This document shows, piece after piece, positions 25,813 to 38,925 of a stretch of DNA of 64,000 nt. The stretch's first letter is position 1, and the number at the start of each line of letters is the position of its first letter. The stretch spans positions 217,241 through 281,240 of the forward strand of contig MU053934.1 of the NCBI GenBank assembly GCA_013239625.1. The letters are read 5' to 3'. The notes below the pieces were generated by a model. That model was not told where the DNA came from and searched no databases. It saw only the letters and a list, made by a program, of their open reading frames with translations. The DNA comes from Lama guanicoe. Lineage: Eukaryota. The position numbers were made by a program, and so were the translations under genes.

Positions 25813-28800
25813 GAAAAGTGGGCAGAAGTGTCCAGGTGGAGGAGTGAGACCCTTGTAGTTTGATAAGAGCCAGAGCATGTCATTCAGGTTGGAAAGGTTT
25901 GGAGGGTTGCTGGCTGGTGACCGGCTTCAGATACACAACGACACGTAGGATGTTGATTAAGAAAGTGCAATGATATGGTGTGTACGTCCTTACAGTAGAA
26001 AAATGAACGAGAAGCTACGGTACAAAAGAGAGTAGACACTTCTGTTCAGTGTGGTGTCAGATGAACTGTTCCTAGAGTAGCGAGCATCTTTCATAGGAAT
26101 TATTCTACAAACTCTTTGTTTAAATATTTCTAAGCCAAGGGCTTGGGATACAGAGCTCAAAAAGTGATAACCCCCAACCCCAGAATTAATGTACGGGCAG
26201 TTCTTCCTAAACTTGTTTCCATAGTTCTAGGATCAAGTTAAGAGTGGGGAACGCTACCAGGTTTAACAGCTTTACTTTTGGGCTTTCCAGGATCTCTAAT
26301 ACGCCAACACGCACTTTGAATCTCCAAGGGAGAGACGCAATATGCAGATTTCTCAACCTTTCCTGTCCCCAGTTTCTGATCACATATTCCCATCTCCTGC
26401 GATGTCCTCTAGAATTCATCCAGAAAATGCTGGTCCAGGGAGGGTGACTGCAGGGCTAATGTTCAACTCCGCATCTCAACCATGCTAGAGGCTCAAGTTG
26501 TACTGAACTTATTTGTAGACATGCAAGTTCTCCTCTCCTAGACAATCATCTTCTTGAAGGAAGGTTCTTGGGATCACATTTTAAAAAATCATTTTTTTAC
26601 CCCAAATAACAGGCAGTTGGTAGCATGTACTGAATGAACAAACTACATTTCAGTCTGGTTGATCCAGACGTTAATTCTTACAGGCGGAAATCATCCAGTC
26701 ACAGTATGCCTTCAGAGCATGAAGAGATCTTAGTTCTTGGCCCAAGAGACAAGGAAGGCTCGGGGAAATGAAAACATTTGTCCAGGGTTGCAGAAGGCTG
26801 GGTGTCAGAGGCAGGGCCGAGGGCGGGCCTCCACCCCACACTTGGAGTTACCCCACTAAAGCTATTTCCTTAACAGTTCTTCAGCAAGTTATCCAAAGTT
26901 GGCCCCTTTAATCCCCCTATAGAATTCGCCACAGTGTCTGACTTTACCATGAATTACCTTCCACTTACTTCTTCACGGCCCCGTTTGCTCAAACCTCAGA
27001 GGTGAGTCAGTCCTTGAATGTCCCAATTTTGTTGTTCTGCAGATAAGGATTCCTAGAGAAACTCTCCCTCCCTCCCTGGAGAGCCAGGTCTCCATCTGCC
27101 TGTTTCTGGCCTAATTTGGGGACTGAAAAGGAACAGGATGCATTTTCTTTTTAAATTGTTTCTTAAAACGCATCCTCTGGTTAATATCATGTCCTGAATA
27201 CGTCTCAGGGAGGAGGCAGCCTCTCCTTGAGAAGCCCCCGGGATCCAGCACGAGCAAACCTCTCATGAACTCGCCATCTTCCCCCTTCTGACCTGCCTTC
27301 CCGCACTCCTTCTCCTAACACCTGCTGCTGTCAGCGCTCCCACCCCCTTCTCTTCTGTGCTGCTGTTTGTTTTTAAGATATTCGCCGTCAGCATATGACC
27401 TGAAGTGGGTTGAATCTTTCTGAGACTATCATCATCTTGGTTTTGTTTGTTTATTTGTTTAAAGTCCTGCAGACAGCTGAGTGCTGCGTGAATGACAGCT
27501 GCTCGCACCAGGACACGATGCATTGACAGAATGGTCGGGAATGGACACCTCTCTGTGCAAGAATGTGGGAGTTACCCTTTATTTCACCTGAATGGAGATG
27601 GCAAGGACCCTGTTCTGGCATCTGCCAGGTGGTTCACAGCTGCTGTGGCTTACCAGCTCCCTTGATACGGAATTAAGTTGTAAACCGCTCCAGGAAGACG
27701 GGAGCTGGATGAGTGGGCGAGGTGGGCAGATCTCTGATCTTTTAGGGCCCTGTGGGCTGTGTGCAAGCAGACTGGGAAAGAAAAACAAAGAGGAGCGGGA
27801 AACTGGCTGGCTCTTTGAAGGTGAATGTCTACCATCCAAGATAATTCTAGCAATTAACCAAGATGATGCACCAGGAGGTACCTAGGAGGGTGCCTGGTGA
27901 ATGCAGCTGAATCTGATAAATGGGGCTGAATCTGAACTACTTGAAAACTGGTTCTCAGCTAAGCTGTGGTTAGGAGGAGAAAGAAAAACAATAACCAACT
28001 TCCAAAAGCACTTGGGTTTACCAGTGCCCTGTAGCTACACCACCACGTGGGAGCCTGACTGCGGGCTCGGGGAGGACCACCATTCCCAGATTACAGATGA
28101 AGAACCCAGGGCTTGACACTTGAGAAGCTTCCCAGAGGCACAAGGCGGAAAAGCGACTGGCCATGAAGGCAGAGCCTCCAAATCAAACATTTCATGCTTT
28201 TTCTGGGGATTTTCAAAGTAGAACACAGCTGATAGACACACTAAATTTGTCATTTTTTTTGCACCTAAAATAATACGAAAAGTTAACATTTTCCAGGTAG
28301 TGGAGAGAAAAACTGCAAGGTGGCTGCATTATATTTGGGGAAAAGCAAAATACGTACTGGTTCTTTCTGACCCCAGGGCTGAGGAAGCCTTAGCAAACCC
28401 TAGGCAATCAGGTCGCCACCGTTTTTAAAGCAGGTGGATTCCATTGCCTGATAGACTGAGTGGCAGAAAAATGCAACAGGGACACAGGCTAAGCTCATTA
28501 AACAGGTGACCTTGCTAATCCTCGCATGCTGGGTGCCAGTGTTATTTAACTCATTTCACAAGGGAGAGGAGCAAGTTTCAAGGAGGTGAAGCGACTTGGA
28601 CCCAGGAGACTAAACGGCTGAATTGCAACCTAACCTGGACCTGCTTCGGTTTCCTAGCACCAAGCTCAAGGCTCCACACGGGGCTTGGCTGGACATACCC
28701 CTTCTGGAGGCTTGAGATGCTCTGGGATTTAGGGGGCAGGTTCCCTCCAGGGGCGTCCTCGATGTCCGTGAGAATCTAAGTGTCTGAATGACTCATCCAC

Positions 28801-30951
28801 GGATCAGGGCGCAATCCTCAGTCTTAAAATAACAAATCCCCATCGTGAAAGCCAATGCATTTTGATGTCGCATAAATTCTTTCCTAATGATCATTTGGTG
28901 TCACTGGCTTATTTAAACGGACACATCCCTTCTAACAGGGCTCTTTCCCATCTGCTCTGCCCTTTAAGAAGCAGCATGGGAGGTAACTCACAGCCTTGGC
29001 ATATCGAGTAGGAGCTGGAGAGGGTCGAGGTCCCTGTACGTCTCCTGACCTCACGTGCTGAGACAGACGAGGAGGAGCGGGAGGGGACATGCATTTAGGT
29101 CATAATAAATTCCCCAGCGTGCTCCATTTTTCTTCCATCTGCAAACCCGGATTGATGACCGGCGGTTTTCGTCTGACGCGGATAACCATGACCCCAGTGC
29201 TGTGTCCTGGAGGCACTGTGGTTTATAAGTCCACGTGACATTTTCTTTCATTCTCTATTGCGGAAGACGGGAACTAAACACACGCCAGGGTTTACCTGAG
29301 ATGCCCCTTCTCTCCCACCCGACAAACATGGGTGTCTCCGGCTTACGAAAGCCCGGAGTGGATGTGCCAGAATCCGGGCACAGGAGATCAACGTGGGGTG
29401 GTCATTTACTGATCAAAGGAGACACAGGGAGCCCTCCCACTGGCCCCAGTGGGCCCCTAAAGGGTCCAACCTCAAACGCACTGAGAAAACAGTTCCTGGG
29501 GAAGCTGGCTGGAATGGGAAACAGGTGCCACGTTCCATCAGCGCAGAGCCTTGGACCTTCTGCTCCAGAAACATCTGGAGGCTTCCTATAGGGCAGAATC
29601 CTGGGCCCCTGCCCAGACGTTTCAAGGCGGCAGAGTCCAGGATTCCACAGTTTTAAAAAGTATTCTTGAAAGCCACTCAAGTGCAAGCTAGGAAGGTTAG
29701 TAGTTAACAGCAGCCTTACTTTTCAGATGACAGCCTTCAACTCTCTAAGCTTGAGCATCCTGGGTATAAAACAGAGACAAGAATCGCACCTGCCTCAAGA
29801 GGTGAGATTACCACCTTGAATGCGCCCAGCACAGTGCCTGGCCAACCCTTAGCTGGTATGCAGAGGCACTGCCTTACCCATAATTAAGACCCAGAAATAC
29901 CTCCAAACCGGCTAATCAGAGCTGCTGCTCTGAGCCCCTGAACTCAGGCACTCCCGGGAGTTCCCCTCCATCCAGCAACTCAAGGGTTAAGGCCCAGTCC
30001 AGCAGGGGAGCCTCGGGGATGCAGCTGTGGGTCTGCTAAGGGCTGGTGGTTGAAATTCTTCAACTGCAACCTCTGCAGGCTTCCAGTAATGCCTGGTAGG
30101 CGGTGCAGGGAAGACTTACATCCCGTGAGGCACACCTGGATGTTCTGGCCAATATCAGCATGTCCACCAACTCAAAGGCCGGCCTTTAATACAGGGCTCC
30201 CTGACCTCTGGCTGCTCAGGACCTTGACCTGGACCTTTCTTTCCTTGTCTGATTCCAGCTTTGACCCCATTTGGACTGGATCTCTGAACTTCCCTTCTGG
30301 AAGTTTGACTCATCCTTTTTCCTGTGGCCTCTGGGGCCCTGTGTTTGCGTCTGACTTCTGGGGAATCTGACCCTCAGCTCTCGGAGGTGACTCTTTGGCT
30401 CTTCCCACTATAGAATGACCTTAGCCTCCAGGACAGGCTGCCACCTGTCACCTTCTGGTGGTGCCATCCCCAGAGCCCTGCTCAAACCCAGTACCACTGG
30501 TCTCAGATGCCAAGTTCCAGCCCTTCTTGGCCTCACCTACCCTACGGATCCCTGAGCTCCAATTCTAGTCCTGATACAGATCACAGGTCTGCATCCTTTG
30601 AGAATAGGGTATGAAAGAAGTGGCAAAGAGGATGGAGGGGAAGAGGCAATCGAGAGGCAAAGGTAGAGATCAAAGGTGGAGGTCAAGGGTAGACAGTGGC
30701 GGGACCCGAGCCTACAGAGAGGGAGGTAGTTCTAGTTTCACTGTTTCTCTGCTCCACGAGGTCATGGGCTGTGTCTGGGGCACTGGCATAGAGCCCAGTG
30801 CACAGGAAGCATCAGACAGGCAGGAGATGAACAAAGAATGAATGAATGAATGAAGGATGGTATCAAGAGAGAAAGAAAAGAGGAGACACACATTTGAAGT
30901 AGCAACAAGGTAGAAAATAGATCTGACTTCAGACACATGGTGTTTAGGGGC

Positions 30952-31760
30952 TGTGGTACGCCCTAGTGCCAGTTACCAAATATTTCTGCCTTCTCTCCTT
31001 TCAGGGACATGGTAGAGTTGCACTTGGCCACACCCATTAAAGGTGGGCATGACCACATGGCATGCTTTAGCCAATGAAATGTTAGCTGAATTTACGTCAT
31101 TCTGACCCGAAACTTTAAGAGTCAATAGTGGATGACTGGATAAAGAAGTCGTCAGACACACACACACACACATATATATACAATGGAATACTACTCAGCC
31201 ATAAAAAAGAATGAAATAATGCCATTTGCAGCAACATGGATGGACCTGGAGAATGTCATACAAGTGAAGTAAGCCAGAAAAAGAAAGAAAAATACCATAT
31301 GATATGACTTATACTTGCAATCTTTAAAAAATGAGACAAATGAACTTATTTACAAAACAGAAACAAACTTACAGACATAGAAAACAATCTTATGGTTACT
31401 GAGGGGAAAAGGGGTGGGAAGAGATAAACTGGGAATTTGAGATTTGCAGATATTAACTCCTATATATAAAATAGATAAACAACAAGTTTCTACTGGATAG
31501 CATAGGGAACTATATTCAGTATCTCTTAGTAACCTATAATGAAAAAGAATATGAAAATGAATATATGTATGTACATGTATGACTGAAATATTATGCTGTA
31601 CACCAGAAATTGACACATTGGAAACTGACTACACTTCCATTAAAAAAAAAAAGTCAATAGGACATTGGCTACTTTCCTCCCTATACAAAGAAGACGAATC
31701 CTGACTGCTCATGGTGCACGCAGATCCTGGGGACCTAAAAGGGACAGAATGATCTCTAGG
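30952..31760 (+). mobile_element. LTR16C-like ERVL LTR interrupted by an L1
   Basis: catggtagagttgcactt...catgctttagccaatgaaatgt...aactttaagag; the 3' boundary is uncertain. Confidence 0.65.
31129..31648 (+). mobile_element. 5'-truncated young L1 3' end
   Basis: gatgactggataaagaag...caatggaatactactcagccataaaaaagaatgaaataatgcc...poly(A). TSD aa(g/a)agtcaatag at 31117-31128 and 31649-31660. Confidence 0.92.
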
Positions 31761-32064
31761 AGTCAAGCAACCTACACGGCATACTCGCAAAGACGCCCAG
31801 CGGATCTGGGACTGAAGGTCGGTCAGGGGAGGGGCTTTCTGGTGAGAATGGCACCGACTGCCAGGCCCAGTACCTATGTGCCTGTAGCTGCAGCCCTAAG
31901 CAAGAACCAGAAGGCCAATAGCCTATGTACCGTCCACCGCAGAACTCAGGCAACCAGGCGGCCTTCTCCCACGCTGTAGCCCACCGCCTCTCCCCGAGGA
32001 AGGAGCACTGAGTCCTCACATTGCTCTTTGCAACCCCCGCCCCCTCCCCAGCAAGCCACCCTCA

Positions 32065-32480
<416 letters not shown>

Positions 32481-35039
32481 AACCAACCATCCATCCATCT
32501 ATCCATCTATCTATCCCTCCCTCCCTCCCTCAACTCATGCAACACATTTATTTACTGACACAGTCTTCTTCAAACGTTCCAGTTCACTATTTCCCAATGT
32601 ATAGTAATTTACTGGCTTTCGGAGCATGAGCTGAGATAATTTTCCCACTCAGTGAGGAAGAAAGGACCCCTGGTTAAGGAGAAGGGAGCCCCCAGAGTAG
32701 AGCCACCTTCCCGCAGTGTTTTTACTCTCACATCCACTACATCTCGTGTCAAGAAACATCATCTCAAGGCAGGAGTGTTTTCTAGGGGAACAATTGCTTC
32801 TGTGTCCCCAGAGCTCAGCTTTGACGTTGGCCTCACTCTCTCGTGTACTGAGGCCGACGTCGAAGGTATGAGTCAGTTCTCTCGGTCAATTTCTTAGCAT
32901 CTCAGCACCTCGGGTGAGTGAGCCACTCACCCCAATTTCTTAGAGCATTAATGTTTCTGGGCTCAGGACTTCTAAGTAGGGCAAGAAGGCATCAGAATCA
33001 ACTATCTTCCATTAAGAAAACTCTGTCATGCCAGGTGCAGAAGGCATTTCTTGCAACTATTATCAACAGCATTTTACAGAGTAGGACACTGGGGCTCACG
33101 TAGGACCATGATTTACATAACTAGTGGTGGAGCCAGGGCATGGATCTACACTTATCTGACACCCAGATCCTTTTCACCGTCTCAAAGCATTATTGCTTAC
33201 CTATACGACAAATGTTTAAGGTAGAAGTTACAAATACATATTTTACAGGAAGAGAAACTGAGGTTCAAAGTTTAAACAACTTGTTAAAGGTCACAGGACT
33301 AACAGTCACTGTCATCCACAGCTAACTGATGCCTTCTAGAGCTCAGATCCTTACACCGTTGGCCAGCCTGAGAAATAAAGCCCTTTCTGACTGCATGGAA
33401 GCCCAGAAACATGTGAAGAAAGCACAGCGGTTCTCCGGGAACACCACGCTGGGTGAAGCAGAACCTCCTTGGTGTGATGACAGCTCCCTGAAATGATGGT
33501 GTGTGGGTTTGGTGGAATTTATTTGATCAATTTATCGAGCTCCTATCTAAATCATCACTCCAGCACAAATACATAAATTAGAGGCATAGGAAAAATACTA
33601 CCACCCACTTTGTCATCGCATATGATCACATTCAGAACTCGTAGAATCCCTCAGAAAAACAGATCACCGATTCAGGACGCGCAAGAGCCAATCAATTCCG
33701 CCCGCAACAAGCTTGGGACGTTCGTGCACAACAGTTAGATCTGAAAGGCACGGGGCCCTCAGCACAGAAAGCCGTGCGCTGAGTCCTGATGCAATGACCT
33801 CACTGGAGAGCCCATTTAATAAACCCCACTGCGAGGCTGGGATGCAGAGAGGATGTGGGGTCCTTGGGGGAGCAGGTTCATTATCACCGATGACCCCTGG
33901 TTGGCGCTGCCACGTTGGTTTTGGTAGGGTGACGGGTGTCACGTGCTTACAACCGACAAAGGGGAATGACTGTTTCATTGACTTTAGGGTGGCCACCTGA
34001 CTTTCAGGAAGGACACTCTTCAGCTGTCTGAAAGTCCACACTCCACATTCTGACATTCCATGAATTGTGTTCTTTCAGACGAATTCTAACAGCCACATGA
34101 GAAGGGACAGTTCTCCTGCTCGCGTTCCCACCTCTGTGTTTTCCTGGCACGGCTCTCGCGTGGTGGGGATTGCCTTTGCCCCCTGCCGCCCCCACCGGTA
34201 ATCCTTTCAGGCCCATCTCTAGCACGGAGCCGCCTGTGAATTCCCGCCTGAGATGGGGACATCTCTACCTGGGGCATCCTCCCGGTATTCCTGCCATCAG
34301 TTGACTTACATCCTGTTAAAGACAGAGTGGGTGACATTCAGGCACACACACACTGCTCATCTGTAAACGTCCATCCCGCCATTCGTCCAAGGGCAAGGAC
34401 TCCATAATATCTAACACACTCAGAGGCATTAATAAATATCTGCTAAATAAATGACATCCGCTGCATAAATCTCTCCTGACTGAAGACCATTTATGTCAGT
34501 GCATTCGTGTATCCACATCCCTGCAGCTGCAAAGCACTTCACCTGCTCCCCATTCCCCAGTGTCACCACATTCTCGCGCTCAGCTATGGGATCTTTGGCA
34601 TCTTCTTCGCCTACATGGAAAACTGCAGGCAGCGCCTGAAAGCGTCTTTTATATCAGTTGCTCTACTGGAAGGCTTGAACTCAAGGTCTTAATCTCCGGA
34701 GAAGGAGTAATTTGCCTGGTTAACCTTAATGTTATCTCAGAGAACAGCAACCAAGTTCCCCTTCTCTCAGTTTGCACCCGGGCTGCATTTCCTAGGACGG
34801 GGGCACACAGCCCTTTCACATCTGCCAGTCCTCTTCAAGGTTAAGAAAACAAAATCCTTACTTTGCCCCAAGAGAGCTGTAAGGTTACTATCCATTGGTT
34901 GAGAAAGCAAAATGATAAACAGCTGCTAAGACTTCATTCTGGCTTTTTTTTTTGGATGAAGACATCAGCGGCTCTGTTGATGATCAAAATGATGGCTGGG
35001 GTCTGTGTCCGTGGTCAGGGAGCCACGTGCAAGCAGCGT

Positions 35040-35240
35040 AGCCGGAGGTGAAGACTGGAACCAGATTGCCTGCTTCCGGTTCCCAGCCCTCCACGTCTTT
35101 AGCTGTGTATCCTTGAGAAAATGACTTAACCTCTCTCTGCCTCCGTATCTAACTCTTACAGCTGTTGTGACTTCGCACGTTTAAATGACTTCACACGTGT
35201 AAGGGCTAATCATAGGGGCTGGGACACATTAAGTAAGTAA
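35040..35240 (+). mobile_element. MIR
   Basis: ccagattgcctg...agctgtgtatccttgagaaaatgacttaacctctctctgcctc. Confidence 0.75.
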
Positions 35241-35449
35241 TGGCCCTTTTCAAAAATATCATCATTCAAGCTCATCCATCAGCTTTTGGAAGACAGCGAG
35301 CCCATCCACGTGGTTTTCTTTTTGGAGGTCATCGAGCACAACAGTGAGGTCCTTCTAGAACCTTGTTTCTCTAGGTGAGGTCTGAGGACCATCTGCTACA
35401 AAAACACCTGGGCTTCTTGTTAAAAATGCAGACGCCCAGGCCTCGACTA

Positions 35450-35955
35450 GGAAGTTAACTGTGACCTGGAGGCTGCCTCCCCCTACATCTCTGGCTTTGT
35501 GAAGGAGGGATTTCCTGGCATCTTACCCCAGCCTTTCTCTCCCGCAAGGATGTGGAAGGAGTGACCTGACCCGGTGAGTTGCAGAGAGAATTGAGTTTAG
35601 GTAGCTTAGCCCCTTCCTTCATCCTTCTCCTAGGAGCCAGCGTGCCAGCAGGACACCACCCTGACTCAGTTTTATGTGGCAGGACCCCTCCAGATGAGAT
35701 GGCAGATGCCCCACACCTCCTGGGATGGGGTGGGCGATGCTGGCTCTGGGTTGGGTATTACGAATAGAGGCACCCACTGCAGATACACATCTGAGTCAAA
35801 CCCTCCAATATAACTTTTATGAGCAAAATAACGTGATATTTTGTTCTCATTCCTTTATCTTATCTCAAAGGATCCCGGAGTGTAGGAGTAATATCATATA
35901 TGAATTCCCTCCTCACCTAACACTTCTAAATAAGAATCCTGGCTCTTGGGTTGAG
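35450..35955. mobile_element. Ancient LTR-like segment (family uncertain) splitting a MER5-like element (pieces about 35375-35445 and 35957-36118)
   Basis: The MER5 5' part (cttgttaaaaatgcagacgcccaggcc) and 3' part (atgcacattaaactttgagaa) flank about 500 bp of LTR-like sequence. Confidence 0.45.
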
Positions 35956-35984
35956 TAATCAGCATTAAAAAAAATCCCCAGGTT

Positions 35985-36067
35985 GGGGAGAGGGTACAGC
36001 TCCGTGGTAGAGTGGCTGCTTAGCATGCACGAGGTCCTGGGTTCTATCCCCAGTACTTCCATTAAAA
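35985..36067 (+). mobile_element. tRNA-derived SINE (camelid Vic-1-like, short form)
   Basis: ggggagagggtacagctccgtggtagagtggctgcttagcatgcacgaggtcctgggttctatccccagtacttcca plus poly(A), with A-box and B-box-like motifs. TSD aaaaaaaatcccca(g/c)gt on both sides. Confidence 0.9.
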
Positions 36068-36289
36068 AAAAAAAATCCCCACGTAATCTGGATGCACATT
36101 AAACTTTGAGAATTACTGATTAGGGTCTGGAAGCTCTGTCCTTGCTACAGTCAGTGGTCATGTTCACCTGCAGGGCCCTTAGCACACAGTAAACTCATTT
36201 GGTGTCTAAAAATTGCACATAAACCAGCAGAATTCAGTGGCAATCTCCAATGCTACGCTTCTTGAGGAAAAGTGGTGAAGAAGATGAAT

Positions 36290-36440
36290 AGCAGAGCCAG
36301 ACTGCCCAGGTTCAAATCCTGGCTCCTCACATAGCAAGCAGCTGTGTGACCTTGGACAAGTTACTTAACCTCTCTGTGTCTATTTCGTCATTCACTAATA
36401 ACATGGAGTTGAGAAAAAGTTCGTACCTCAGAATTAAACA
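36290..36440 (+). mobile_element. MIR
   Basis: agagccagactgcccaggttcaaatcctggctc...gctgtgtgaccttggacaagttacttaacctctctgtg. Confidence 0.85.
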
Positions 36441-38099
36441 TTTTTTTCCTCTAGGCACAAGTTAATTTCTGAAAAAGAAGCTGTGTTCTTTGCTTATTCA
36501 AATGTCTCCTTTAACAGTACATGGAAAATAGTAAAATGTCCAGTAGGTCTTTGCTGTTAGCATTATGCCCAGAATTCCCTGGCGCTGCACTCTGCCCCGT
36601 GTGTCTGGATTCAGGCACCTGCAATCTCAGCGGCCCCCTCCCTGCCTTTGCTGACACAATCCTTACTCTGCCCAGACTCTGGTTCAGTGTAAATATCGAC
36701 TGAGGGTCTGCTGTGTGTCAGATACCACATAAAATACTAAGGAATCAGTGACAAATAAAACATAGCCAGCACCCTAGAGGCAGTTAGGAGGAGACAGATA
36801 AACAATTATGAAGCAGCGAGGTACATGCAATGACAGAAACACTGGTAAGTCAGACGAATGGAGGGCAGGGAGTAATGGATTTGATGGGGGAAAGTGGGCG
36901 ATGCCTGCTTCCCGCCCCACCCCCACCCCCGCCGGAGGCATCCACACAGCCCCTGCCGCACTGCAGGCTGCACCTGCCCCTTCCACACAGACCTCCAAAC
37001 TCCCAAGCCCCCCCAGAGTTTTTCTGATAACAGTGCTGTCCTGTAACACCCTTCTAGGCATAGCGTCCCCTCTGGTCCGCGGTGACAGCACATATGAGAC
37101 ACATTATCTTTCGCAGCTCTGCCAATCCCAGCTCATCAGCCAGGTAGCACTGACACCCTGGTCTTCAAAGTCCAAAGCCTTAATCTTGACGATGCAAACA
37201 CTTCGGGGCTTGTCACCCTATTAAGAGGTAAAATCCCAGGACTCCTCCTGGGGAGGTGACCAGGTGTGCTGCCTCCCCCCGCATTCCACACCGCCTGTCT
37301 CCTCTTCTTAGGAGCTGTTATCATGAAACACTGGGACGAACACAAAAGGCTGTGTCACTGTTTCCCATGCTGGCCCTGTGGTTATGATTAAATGCACTGT
37401 TTCCCGTCTTCCTTACTCGAGGCACAAGTTAACTTATGAAAATGAAGCTGTCTTCTTTGCTTATTCATACATCACCGCTAACAGCCAGACAAGAGCGAAC
37501 AAGCTTGCTATTCTGCTGGGGCCCTGGTGTCGGTGTCACCAGCCAGCAGACGGATGGCTCCAGACGGGGAACTCCCCTGGCTCCCTCCTTCCGCAGCTTT
37601 TGGCTCAAGGCAGGGTTCCTGCCACTCAGGAGGTGAGGCTCCGGGGGAGCCGGGAATGATGATGCTTCCGCGTGAGACACTGGACGCGGAAAGGGCAGGC
37701 AAGGTATTCACTCGCCAGGTGTGCGGAAGGCAGCATGGTAAATGAGAAAGACAAAGGGTTTTAAAACCAGGCAAAACAGGGTTCCAGCTCCAGCTCTGTA
37801 CGGCTTGGCCAAGGCGTAACTGCTCTGAGCCTCAATCTCCTTATTGTAAAAAGGCAAGGATAGAATCTCCCACCTGTCTTCGAGAATGGGTGTGCAGATC
37901 CAAGAAGACAATGTGTGCAAAGCCCCGGGCTGGTGATGGATGCTCGACTAAAGGCATTTCTCTCCTTCCCTTTCGTGATGGCCATTGTTCATAAAGTCTA
38001 AGTGTTCCTATTCCAGCACTGACACTAGCTGTACAGACCGGACTCTGCAAAATGTGGCCGACTGCTCCCCGAACTCCCACCCTGCTGGCTCTTCCCACT

Positions 38100-38700
38100 G
38101 CTCCCCTGAAACTTCTGGAAGCCTTTAGTTTCCGTGACACTAGTCTCCCGGCTCTGAACATTCCTTCCCCGCCTCCTTCATGGGACTCCTCTCTCTCTGC
38201 CTCCCCTTCAATGCTCAGCTCCCCAACTCCCATCCTTGGCCCCCTCTCATTTTACTGTACATTTTATCTTGGATGATGGACTCCACTCCAAGGGCTCCAC
38301 ATACCACCGGTAGGGGGAGAACCCCTCATCTCCACCTCAGACTACTTTCCAGAGCTTCTTACTCTTAAATCTAGCTATCTGCTCACCATCTTCATTTGAC
38401 TGTTTCCGCAACAACCTTCAACTCAAATTATTCAAAGTTAAATCCACAATTTTCTCCTCCTAAAAAACGCCCTGAGTCCTGCCCGTTCTGCTGGTTGGGC
38501 GCATCGATTTCCAACTTGTCACCAAAGCTAGAACCTTTGACTCCACCCTGACACCTTCCTCTCTTCCCACATCTCATCACTGCTGCAGTCAACTCCTACA
38601 CATCTTATCTGCTGGTTGTCAAACTCATCCCCTTCCTAGCTCTCCCATCCTTGCCCTCATGATCTCTCCTTCTCTGAGACCTTAGCAGAGTCACACCTGA
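38100..38700 (+). mobile_element. L2 fragment
   Basis: Pyrimidine-rich L2 body: ccttggccccctctc...catctccacctcagac...ccaaagctagaaccttt. Confidence 0.65.
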
Positions 38701-38836
38701 TCACCTTTCCCTTAGCGAGAGCCCTGTGCCATTCCGTTTTGCTTTACTCAGCCCTAGAAATATTTTAAAAGCTCAAATTTAATGATTTTGCTTCCCTGAT
38801 TGAAAAGTTTAATGCTTCTGGGGCCCAGCTGAGTGT

Positions 38837-38925
38837 GGATGGATGGATAGATGGATGAATGGATGGATGGATGGATAGATGATGGATGGGTAGACAGATG
38901 GATGAATAAATGGATGAACGAATGA
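38837..38925 (+). repeat. (GGAT)n imperfect microsatellite
   Basis: Direct reading. Confidence 0.9.

Noticed and set aside
35985..36060. tRNA-like sequence
   Set aside because: Poly(A) tail, TSD and two related copies show it is a SINE, not a tRNA gene
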